64,000 nucleotides of DNA, from assembly GCA_041665345.1 (NCBI GenBank), contig JBAYJA010000001.1, forward strand, positions 9,206 to 73,205, written 5' to 3'. The notes under the pieces are model-generated. The model was not told where the DNA came from and searched no databases. It worked only from the letters and a program-made list of their open reading frames with translations. Numbering within the stretch: position 1 is the first letter of the stretch; each line of letters starts with the position of its first letter. Made by a program: the position numbers and the translations under genes. Positions 27,741-35,200 of the stretch are shown piece by piece. Source of the stretch: Patescibacteria group bacterium (lineage in GTDB: Bacteria; Patescibacteriota; Patescibacteriia; PEXW01).

Positions 27741-27786
27741 GCCTCCGAAGCCTGAGATTGAGGTTCAATTCCTCATGGGGACACCA
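27712..27786 (+). tRNA. tRNA-Arg (anticodon CCG) with a genomically encoded CCA.
   Basis: Manual cloverleaf: acceptor GTCCCCA/TGGGGAC, D-arm GCTC-AACGGATA-GAGC, anticodon arm TAGGC-CTCCGAA-GCCTG, T-arm TGAGG-TTCAATT-CCTCA, discriminator A, CCA. Confidence 0.8.
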
Positions 27787-27841
27787 ATGAGCTTTTGTTT
27801 CCACGTTAGATTTCTAGCCTCCGGAAGATTTTTTTGCGTAT

Positions 27842-27870
27842 AAAAAAAGCTGCCGAAGGGATTCGGCAGC
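27842..27870 (-). terminator. Intrinsic terminator for prs.
   Basis: GCTGCCGAA-ggga-TTCGGCAGC with a U-tract on the minus strand. Confidence 0.55.
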
Positions 27871-27877
27871 TAGATGA

Positions 27878-28810
27878 TTAATCGTCAACGAGCATTTCGT
27901 TAAATTGCTTCACAATAAGCGGTGCCAGAGAAAGCTGCTCGATTTTGTCGGTGCGCTTTTCCCACGGCAGGTAAATGGAGTCAGTCGTGTAGATTTTTGA
28001 TATGATCTCCGCCCGATTGAGCGTCTGAATTGCACCTCCGGCCAGCACGCCATGGGTGGCCATGACGATAATATTCTCTCCGCCAACTTTCCGCACCTCT
28101 CGTTCGGTAGCTGCAATCGTGCCGGCAGTGCTGATTTCATCTTCTCGGATAATTGCGGTAATACCCCGCAAGCTGCCTTGGATACCATGTGACTCCGAAA
28201 TATCATGCTCCGGCCGACTTTTGATCAGCGAGATCATTGGAATGCCTAGAGTTTTGGCAAAAGCTTCAGTGGTTTTCGATCTGCCTTTATCCGGACTCAA
28301 AGCCCGAACGTTGCTGAGGTCTCGATCTCTCAGCACATCCACGAAGAGTGGATTTGCATCAATGACCCAGGTGCGCAAACCTGCATCTTGGAAGTACTGA
28401 ACATTCTTTGGTGAATGCGGGTCGCAGAGCATCACGTCGGTTGCACCAGCAGCTGCAAGTAATTTAGCCACGAGCTCCGCAGTAACTGCTTCGCCACCAT
28501 CCTTGTCTCGCTCCTGCCGTCGGAAACCCATGAAGGGCATGACCGCAATGAGTCGCGAAGGATTGTACCGTTTGACAGCACTAACAATCGCAAAGAGATC
28601 AAAGTACGTCTTCGGAGCGTACTCACCAGTCGATTGCACCACCGCACACGGTTGACCCACTATCACAGCAGGGTGGGTAATCTTGTACCATGGCTCAGAA
28701 TCTGCAAACTCTCGTATACCCACCTCACTGAGGGGTTGTCCAAGTAGTTCACAGACTCCTCGTGCCATTTTATGACTCGCTCGACCGCAAAAAATGAGTG
28801 GTTTTACCAT
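27878..28810 (-). CDS. prs: Ribose-phosphate pyrophosphokinase (PRPP synthetase).
   Basis: Two PRTase-type domains, the PRPP-binding loop ISTAGT, and an N-terminal LIFCGRASHKMARGV, at a typical 310 aa. Confidence 0.85.
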   Translation of the reverse strand: MVKPLIFCGRASHKMARGVCELLGQPLSEVGIREFADSEPWYKITHPAVIVGQPCAVVQSTGEYAPKTYFDLFAIVSAVKRYNPSRLIAVMPFMGFRRQERDKDGGEAVTAELVAKLLAAAGATDVMLCDPHSPKNVQYFQDAGLRTWVIDANPLFVDVLRDRDLSNVRALSPDKGRSKTTEAFAKTLGIPMISLIKSRPEHDISESHGIQGSLRGITAIIREDEISTAGTIAATEREVRKVGGENIIVMATHGVLAGGAIQTLNRAEIISKIYTTDSIYLPWEKRTDKIEQLSLAPLIVKQFNEMLVDD

Positions 28811-28881
28811 TACACTTCTCCTATTTGGAATGTACGTTTCTGTGTTAGCCTCTTACCCTAGCTCCTTCGGGCGGAATTCGT

Positions 28882-28909
28882 CAACCACCCCTTGACGCTC
28901 AGCCGCAGG
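28882..28909 (+). promoter_or_regulatory. Sigma70-like promoter for speH. It is followed by a leader of about 200 nt.
   Basis: TTGACG, a 16-nt spacer, then TATACT. Confidence 0.35.
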
Positions 28910-29108
28910 GCTTTATACTTTACTCTCCGTTTCTTAAAAATTCGCTTTAACGCTTGCTGAGTATTCGGCTGATGCGGTGCGATGCTAACTCCGCCCCCTC
29001 GACTTGCCCTCTCGATTGTCCTCGAGGGCTTCGCTCGGGACGGAGAACCCCGAACCTATGAATCAGGGTCCGTTAGGTTCATCAAGCGCAACAAAGGAGG
29101 GCACGCAC

Positions 29109-29549
29109 ATGCCCCACACGTCTGTCGCCGAAGCCCCAGTGGTTGCTGCCACTGCCGAATCGGCAATTCCCTTCGGTTCGCACCTCACCCTGGATGGGTA
29201 CGGGTGCAGTGAGGAGAAGCTCGCAGACATGGACCTCGTGTTTGAGGTTCTGGAACGCTTGCCTGGGCACCTGGGCATGCACAAGATCATTACGCCGTAC
29301 GTGGTGAAGGCCGCCGGCAACGATAAGAAGGATCCGGGTGGCTACTCAGGGTTCGTCATGATTGCGGAGAGTCACATCTCCATTCATACCTTCCCCAAGA
29401 AGCGGTTCGTCTCCATTGATGTGTACACCTGCCAAGGGGATCTGGACACGGCCAAGGCGAAAGCTTTTTTCCAAGAGGCTTTCCAGATTGAAGAGTTTGA
29501 AGAGCATCGGATTACCCGCGGCACGAAGTACGACATCTACCCACTCTAG
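29109..29549 (+). CDS. speH: S-adenosylmethionine decarboxylase proenzyme, a small bacterial pyruvoyl enzyme of the SpeH/SpeD type.
   Basis: ESHISIHTFPE-like autoprocessing motif (ESHISIHTFPK) and LTLDGYGC. Start refined to the ATG at 29109 after AAGGAGG. Confidence 0.8.
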   Translation: MPHTSVAEAPVVAATAESAIPFGSHLTLDGYGCSEEKLADMDLVFEVLERLPGHLGMHKIITPYVVKAAGNDKKDPGGYSGFVMIAESHISIHTFPKKRFVSIDVYTCQGDLDTAKAKAFFQEAFQIEEFEEHRITRGTKYDIYPL

Positions 29550-29644
29550 TCTGAGTCCAATGCAGCTCCTCAATGGAGCTGTTTTTGGTTGCTGAACTGT
29601 GCCAGACGCGGTACGCTGCAGGTAGCGCATTAACCCCCAAACCT

Positions 29645-29881
29645 ATGCCAACCATCCATAATCACACTGTTGACGGCGACACCGAAGCCCTGCGGGCGTT
29701 TCGGCAGCTTGATGAAGACGAAGCAAAGGTACTTTTGGAATATGTAAAACGACATGACGAAGCGGATTTTGAAACCACGGTGAATGGGAAGCGGATGAAC
29801 TTCAAACTCATCCGGGAGTCAGACGGCACGTACCATGTGGAAAATGAAGGGAAGGAAAAGTCTTCCAGTGGTTGGTTTTAA
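29645..29881 (+). CDS. Small hypothetical protein.
   Basis: ORF track frame with the internal ATG at 29645 chosen as start. No motif. Confidence 0.3.
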   Translation: MPTIHNHTVDGDTEALRAFRQLDEDEAKVLLEYVKRHDEADFETTVNGKRMNFKLIRESDGTYHVENEGKEKSSSGWF

Positions 29882-29884
29882 GGT

Positions 29885-30454
29885 ATGATGCAACGCTTTG
29901 GTCCTTGGACGCGACTTTCATCAAAGGTGAAGTATAAGAATTCTTGGATAAGCATCCAAGAAGATAGAGTTATTCAACCGGATGGCAGTAAAGGAGTCTA
30001 TGCGTATCTGAGAAAAGTTCCTGGAATTTTTGTTGTGGCTTTCACTGGTACGGAAGTCTACCTACTCCGCCAATTCCGATACGTCCTAAGGAAGTCTATT
30101 TATGAAATACCAGCAGGCACTGTAAACTCAAAGAATTTTTTGCAGGTTGCAAAACGAGAATTATTTGAGGAAACTGGAATGCATGCAAAGCAGTGGACTC
30201 GCCTCGGGAAGCACTACATTGCCCCTGGGCATGAGTCGACGTGTATTATCACGTATCTAGCTGAAGGGCTTGATGAAAAATCGGTAAGTATTGATGGGCA
30301 AGAAGGCGACGAAAGCATCCAAGCGGTTATGAAAGTGTCGTTACCAAAGCTCTGGAAAATGATCCATGAGGGGAAAATTGAGTGCGGATTAACCTTAGCT
30401 GCATTGAATTACTTTTTTTCCTACCTCCGTGTCGTCAGAAAGCAAAAAATATGA
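29885..30454 (+). CDS. NUDIX hydrolase, ADP-ribose pyrophosphatase-like.
   Basis: Nudix box AGTVNSKNFLQVAKRELFEETGM (G-x5-E-x7-REuxEExGu). Confidence 0.75.
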   Translation: MMQRFGPWTRLSSKVKYKNSWISIQEDRVIQPDGSKGVYAYLRKVPGIFVVAFTGTEVYLLRQFRYVLRKSIYEIPAGTVNSKNFLQVAKRELFEETGMHAKQWTRLGKHYIAPGHESTCIITYLAEGLDEKSVSIDGQEGDESIQAVMKVSLPKLWKMIHEGKIECGLTLAALNYFFSYLRVVRKQKI

Positions 30455-31017
30455 AATTTTTTACCAAACTCCACAAAGACTTAGCTCGCCAACGTCGTTT
30501 GCGGGAGCAAACCTTTGGCATTACTCGCCAAGCGCAGCAAGCAGCCAAGCTCGCTATCTTCGCCGTGCATCGGGACAACCCCAAAGAAGCGGAAGAGTTT
30601 TTGACCCGTGCCCAGAAGCAACTGGCAGGTGTGCAGCATAATTTGCGCAAAGAACCCCGTGCGCTCAACGACGGAAATCTCCTTGCTGCCTTGGAAGAGT
30701 TTGGCGAAGCCTGGCTCACTTTCATGTTCACCCAGAATAAGAAGTTAGCGTTCCCCAAGAAGCCCGTCCTAGCGGCTGATCAGCAAGTTGGAGCGGCAGC
30801 GGATTTTACTGGCGAGTTAGTCCGGCGCGTTGTGCTGGCCGCGACTGATGGAGACCGGAAAACCGTGGACCGGGCATACAAGACTGTCCGGGAAGTGGTT
30901 GACCATCTGGCCAAGGCTGATCTCACCGGCCACCTGCGCCAAAAGTTTGACGAAGCCAAACGGAACCTGAAGCGCCTGGAAGAAATTCGATACGATTTGA
31001 AAGTGCGGGGGAGATAG
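30451..31017 (+). CDS. Hypothetical, predominantly helical protein.
   Basis: Start refined to MKFFTKLHKD at 30451. No catalytic motif recognised. Confidence 0.35.
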   Translation: MKFFTKLHKDLARQRRLREQTFGITRQAQQAAKLAIFAVHRDNPKEAEEFLTRAQKQLAGVQHNLRKEPRALNDGNLLAALEEFGEAWLTFMFTQNKKLAFPKKPVLAADQQVGAAADFTGELVRRVVLAATDGDRKTVDRAYKTVREVVDHLAKADLTGHLRQKFDEAKRNLKRLEEIRYDLKVRGR

Positions 31018-31172
31018 AAGCAGGGGTGGAGGGTTTTGGTGTGGCGGCGAGTATGGATGGAGGGTGTGGATTGAGGGTAAGAGCAAGAAGTCCGTTTTTT
31101 GTCATTGCGAGCTCCAGCAGGAGCGTGGCAATCCCGCAGTAGTATGGGATCAAGTTTTTTTGCCGATAAAAA

Positions 31173-31198
31173 AACCGGACTCCCTGGGGAATCCGGTT
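31173..31198 (-). terminator. Conserved intrinsic terminator, copy T1, downstream of paralog A1.
   Basis: AACCGGATTCCCCAGGGAGTCCGGTT followed by a U-tract on the minus strand. It is identical to T2 and T4. Confidence 0.6.
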
Positions 31199-31208
31199 GT
31201 CGGTGCTA

Positions 31209-32030
31209 TTACTTTACTACTGCCAGGACGAGGTCGCCATCGCGCTCGATGAGCACGCCGTGCGGGTGCTCGGTCCAGGCATCCCACGGACCATCGTAAA
31301 CGATTTTCTCATCAAGGGTTTGAAAGACTTTACCCTCAAGAGTGATGATTTGCCCTCCCTGCGTAACGAACCAAACCGTTGGAGATGTTGTGCTTTTTTG
31401 TAGCACATTGCTCCCGGTCCATTCCCATAGTCCGTCTGTTTCTGCGGTGTAGAAAACGCACGATTTTGATGTGCGCCAGTGCATCAGTCCGCGTTTTTGC
31501 AAACACCCAGGGAAATGCTTTTGCTGCCCAATAATTTTGAGCATTGTACCACATTGCACAATGCAACCAAGATTATTTACTGACCAGGCATCGAATGGTT
31601 CGTTCACAATGACCTGTTCAGTGGATTTGGTTATTCGGACTATCTCATTTCCATATCGAATGTAGATGGTCTTCCTCCATTCCTGCACTTCAAAGGGGTC
31701 AGTTTTACTGACAGCCGCACGGAGTGGATGCAATGTGCCATTGCACTCGAAAATATTTCGAAGATTATTCATGCTTTTGGCAAAGAGTGCCGTCTGTCCG
31801 AATGGGAAGAAGTTTTCACACGTCCCTGTGAAAACCGGATGTTTCACATTGTCATTCCAGAAGATTTCTCTTCCGCATTGCACCAGGACGCCGTGCAATC
31901 CTGGGACATGCGCATCGGATGCTTCACCTTGGTACAGAATAATGCGGTCACCAGTTTTGGCAGCAGCTAATAAATCTTCGTAGGCCACCTCCCTATTTGC
32001 TTGGGGGTGGTATCTTTTGTAAAGATGCAT
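31209..32030 (-). CDS. Paralog-array protein A1, unknown function, with an internal repeat.
   Basis: Start refined to MHLYK at 32030 after AAGGAGG. It shares C-terminal EHPHGVLIERDGDLVL and FWNDN blocks with the 33213 protein. Its own promoter is TTGACG-17-TAAGGT at 32069-32097. Confidence 0.5.
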   Translation of the reverse strand: MHLYKRYHPQANREVAYEDLLAAAKTGDRIILYQGEASDAHVPGLHGVLVQCGREIFWNDNVKHPVFTGTCENFFPFGQTALFAKSMNNLRNIFECNGTLHPLRAAVSKTDPFEVQEWRKTIYIRYGNEIVRITKSTEQVIVNEPFDAWSVNNLGCIVQCGTMLKIIGQQKHFPGCLQKRGLMHWRTSKSCVFYTAETDGLWEWTGSNVLQKSTTSPTVWFVTQGGQIITLEGKVFQTLDEKIVYDGPWDAWTEHPHGVLIERDGDLVLAVVK

Positions 32031-32105
32031 TCTTTTCCTCCTTGGTTTGTTCATCTGGTTTTCCGCTTACCTTACGGAAATGGCGCTCTGTCGTCAAGTA
32101 TAAAA

Positions 32106-32131
32106 AACCGGACTCCCTGGGGAATCCGGTT
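32106..32131 (-). terminator. Conserved intrinsic terminator, copy T2, downstream of paralog B1.
   Basis: Identical 26-mer hairpin plus a U-tract. Confidence 0.6.
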
Positions 32132-32154
32132 ATATGAACGTTCAATACAACGCG

Positions 32155-33090
32155 CTATGGAATAAGTTGGAAGAGCGTATCACCGGCCTCAATAATTAGG
32201 CCGTAATCATTCTCCTCGAACCTTTCACAGGGACCCGCGTATACATAGCGTATCCCGTTATGGATGCCATCTTCACGCTTGCTATAGCGTGATGGCGATG
32301 ACTCGGTGAAAGGAAAACTTTGCATACGGCCTGAAGATGTATCTACAAGCCAGGATGTTTTTTTGCCCTCATGCGTTTGCGTGAAGGCAATTGTGTTCGT
32401 TCCAACAGTGGAAAAGTTATCACACTTGCCTCCAGGTAGGACGCAGCACTTTTTGCCGTTCAGTAGTAAGTCCTGACCCTGGAAGTCCAACACTCCCAGC
32501 GTTATTGCCAACCAATCATCTGTAGCCTCGAAGGTCCCAATTTCTTGGTGGTGGACGGTCAATGAAAATGGCGCTTTTCCAGAAACAATGTGGCGGCAGA
32601 ATGTATTCCCGCGTCGAGTCAGAATTCCATTTGGAAGTGCCTGCCATCCTTCGATAGTCTGGATGAGGTGTGGCACTTCGCCAGGCAGCGCAGGGCTGCC
32701 GTCTTTTCGAAAGTACAAATCACGGTCAGGATCTTGGTCTTCCGGCTCAGTGAGGATGTACTGGCCATTCTGAATGATTTGGCCATGGTCCACCACCACG
32801 AAACCAAAGTCGTTTGTATGCCAGCTGTCACGTGAATACACAGACTGCCGAAAAACATTTCCACGTTCATCCGTGACCATTGCACCATTGAGAAAGTACC
32901 ATACGTCTTTCTCGAAGTCTGTTCCTTCCACAACGACTCCGCCGGGGAATGCTCTCCAGTCCAACCCTGCTTCGCAGTACTCTGCATTCCCATTAGGATG
33001 AACAGGGATGATGTCTCCACTCCTAGCTTCCTGGAGAAGTTCATGGAATGGACCAATCTTTTTCAACGTACAGAGAAATAAATCGTTCAT
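32155..33090 (-). CDS. Paralog-array protein B1, unknown function, with an internal repeat.
   Basis: N-terminal MNDLFLCTLKKIGPFHELL and C-terminal YGLIIEAGDTLFQL are shared with the 34161 protein. It has repeated [DT]W.AFP.G and NG.xV/LC motifs. Its own promoter is TTGACA-17-TAGGGT. Confidence 0.5.
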   Translation of the reverse strand: MNDLFLCTLKKIGPFHELLQEARSGDIIPVHPNGNAEYCEAGLDWRAFPGGVVVEGTDFEKDVWYFLNGAMVTDERGNVFRQSVYSRDSWHTNDFGFVVVDHGQIIQNGQYILTEPEDQDPDRDLYFRKDGSPALPGEVPHLIQTIEGWQALPNGILTRRGNTFCRHIVSGKAPFSLTVHHQEIGTFEATDDWLAITLGVLDFQGQDLLLNGKKCCVLPGGKCDNFSTVGTNTIAFTQTHEGKKTSWLVDTSSGRMQSFPFTESSPSRYSKREDGIHNGIRYVYAGPCERFEENDYGLIIEAGDTLFQLIP

Positions 33091-33164
33091 TTTTTACCTC
33101 CTCAAGGTATTTTTCGTTTTCACCTGACCCTACCAAAGTGGGTATAAGATGTCAACAAGAAAAA

Positions 33165-33191
33165 AACCGGACTCCCTGGGGGAATCCGGTT
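33165..33191 (-). terminator. Conserved intrinsic terminator, copy T3, downstream of paralog A2.
   Basis: Same hairpin with one extra G in the loop. Confidence 0.6.
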
Positions 33192-33212
33192 GTATTCGGT
33201 CAAAATCTGTCA

Positions 33213-34046
33213 TCACCGAATAATAATGAGCAGTGTCTCTTTCCCGCGGTTAATCAGTACGCCCTTAGGATGTTCCCTTGGCACGTCGCCACATTTTGGG
33301 GAAAAACCATTTAGCAGTAATTCGTCATTCCAGAAGAGATTACTGCCAATGAGATACACGTTTCCTCCAGGCAGGAGGGTATAGTTATCAACCGGTGCTT
33401 CATGAATGATTTGAGAACCATTTTTCAAGACGCGGCCGTCCGGCAAAGAAATTCCTATGCCAGAAGAAAAACGTCGCCAATTTTTCATTTCTCCTTCGTA
33501 TAGTGTGGTAGAAAAGTTCAGTATGAGTCGTTTGTACGCACTGTGCAGTATTCCAGGATACTCCACGACAACACCATCTGGATGCAGATCCCAGTCAATG
33601 CGGACATCACGAACCCCCCGGCTGTTAAGAATATCAAGTTCTACATAATCACCCAGTGGCATTTCAGCTATGGGCACCTCATCATTTAGGAGAAATTGGT
33701 TTCCTCGCCGAATGATAATTTCACCCTCGTACGTTACCTTATAGCTATCGTGAAAATGCAAAAAGGGTACGCGTGTGTCATTCATGAAATAGGAATCCCC
33801 AACAGAAGTTAGGCGCCATCCGCCAAAGCTACGCCGTACGAATCCGGGAATAGGCTGACTTTCGTCACCATTGATTGCCCAGTAAAAATTACGTTCTAGG
33901 CCAATGCAGGTGTATACACCCGCATCTGCTGGGTAAGTACAGGCGCGATATTCCTCGTCGAGGAGAATGCAATCAAACGGCTCAGCTTCCTGAATAGCTC
34001 GTGGGATATCGGCCTTTGCATACTTTTGTACTTTTGCAACGAGCAT
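33213..34046 (-). CDS. Paralog-array protein A2.
   Basis: Homologous to the 31209 protein (EHPKGVLINRGKE, FWNDELLLNGF). Its own promoter is TTGACA-16-TACTGT. Confidence 0.5.
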   Translation of the reverse strand: MLVAKVQKYAKADIPRAIQEAEPFDCILLDEEYRACTYPADAGVYTCIGLERNFYWAINGDESQPIPGFVRRSFGGWRLTSVGDSYFMNDTRVPFLHFHDSYKVTYEGEIIIRRGNQFLLNDEVPIAEMPLGDYVELDILNSRGVRDVRIDWDLHPDGVVVEYPGILHSAYKRLILNFSTTLYEGEMKNWRRFSSGIGISLPDGRVLKNGSQIIHEAPVDNYTLLPGGNVYLIGSNLFWNDELLLNGFSPKCGDVPREHPKGVLINRGKETLLIIIR

Positions 34047-34118
34047 TTTTTTCCTTTCATTTTTAGCATTTTTAACTTTTTACAGTATCAAAAGTAGAGA
34101 TCTTGTCAAGTATAAAAA

Positions 34119-34144
34119 AACCGGACTCCCTGGGGAATCCGGTT
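34119..34144 (-). terminator. Conserved intrinsic terminator, copy T4, downstream of paralog B2.
   Basis: Identical 26-mer hairpin plus a U-tract. Confidence 0.6.
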
Positions 34145-34160
34145 GCATTGAATGAGTGGT

Positions 34161-35090
34161 CTATCGATAGTCAACGAGCTGGAAGATCAATCCGTTTGCC
34201 TCGATGATGAGACCGTAGGCATTTGGTTCGAATCGGACGCATGCTCCGTTGAACACTTTCCGATTACTACAGTAAATACCATCCTCGCGTTGGTCGTACA
34301 GTTGGATGTTTGGTGATTGTTTGTAGACATCGATACTTTTCGTTCTTGCGCTAATGTGCCAATACTCTTTGAGTTCATCGTAACGTCGAGTGAAGCATAC
34401 AGCTACGCCACCATCAGTTCGGAAGTCCCTACACTCACCGTCTGGCAGTACGCATAATCTTTCCCCATTCAGGAAAAGACACCCCTCCCGTACGTCAAGG
34501 ACCCCAAGATCCGTGCCTATCCAATCGTGCGTTACTTCGAATTCCCCCAGAACTTTGTGATCAACCTCTAGTTCATTTGGCCAAGTCCCGACGAACGTGT
34601 GTTGGGTAAAAGTACGGCCTTTTCGGGTTATGAAACCATAGGGGAATGCCTGCCATGCCGGAACAATCCTAATTATTTCCGGCCGCTCACTGGTATCTGG
34701 GGTGCCGTCCTTATGCGTTGCAATTTCAGCATCTGGATCGAAATCTTTGCAGATTACCAGGCCGGCATTTTGAAGTAGTAGCCCACCAATGCAGACGTAG
34801 AAGCCATAGTGATTCGTCCCCCAAGAGTCTATAGTGCCATACATTGTTGGCCTATATGGATTTTCAGGTGACTCGCAAACAAGTTCACCGTTTATGTGGA
34901 ACCAACTATCCTGGTCATCATTCTCCTCCACGACGACCACACCATCATTGAAAGCTTTCCATGTCGGCATATCCACGCTATCGAATTTTGGCGTGGGGAA
35001 GACCGTAATCATATCTCCAGGTTTCGCCTGGGAGATAAGCTCATCAAATGATCCAAATTTTTTCAACGTACTCAACAGTAGATTTGTCAT
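34161..35090 (-). CDS. Paralog-array protein B2.
   Basis: Start refined to MTNLLLSTLKKFGSFDELI at 35090 after GGAGGA. Homologous to the 32155 protein. Its own promoter is TTGACG-17-TACTGT. Confidence 0.5.
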   Translation of the reverse strand: MTNLLLSTLKKFGSFDELISQAKPGDMITVFPTPKFDSVDMPTWKAFNDGVVVVEENDDQDSWFHINGELVCESPENPYRPTMYGTIDSWGTNHYGFYVCIGGLLLQNAGLVICKDFDPDAEIATHKDGTPDTSERPEIIRIVPAWQAFPYGFITRKGRTFTQHTFVGTWPNELEVDHKVLGEFEVTHDWIGTDLGVLDVREGCLFLNGERLCVLPDGECRDFRTDGGVAVCFTRRYDELKEYWHISARTKSIDVYKQSPNIQLYDQREDGIYCSNRKVFNGACVRFEPNAYGLIIEANGLIFQLVDYR

Positions 35091-35200
35091 ATTTCCTCCA
35101 TAGCGTTTGTTTTTGATTTTCACGTGACAGTAGAACATTTCTTGAAATGCGTCAAGCATAAACCGTCTCTACTTGTCAGTCGTGCGTTATTTATCGTCCG

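Noticed and set aside
27401-27786. A single tRNA-Arg interrupted by a group I intron that encodes a GIY-YIG homing endonuclease.
   Set aside because: The downstream tRNA has its own complete 5' half and an acceptor stem (GTCCCCA/TGGGGAC) that cannot pair with the upstream fragment's GCGCCCG. No CGGGCGC 3' strand or T-arm for the fragment exists. So the layout is a fragment plus an intact gene, not split exons.
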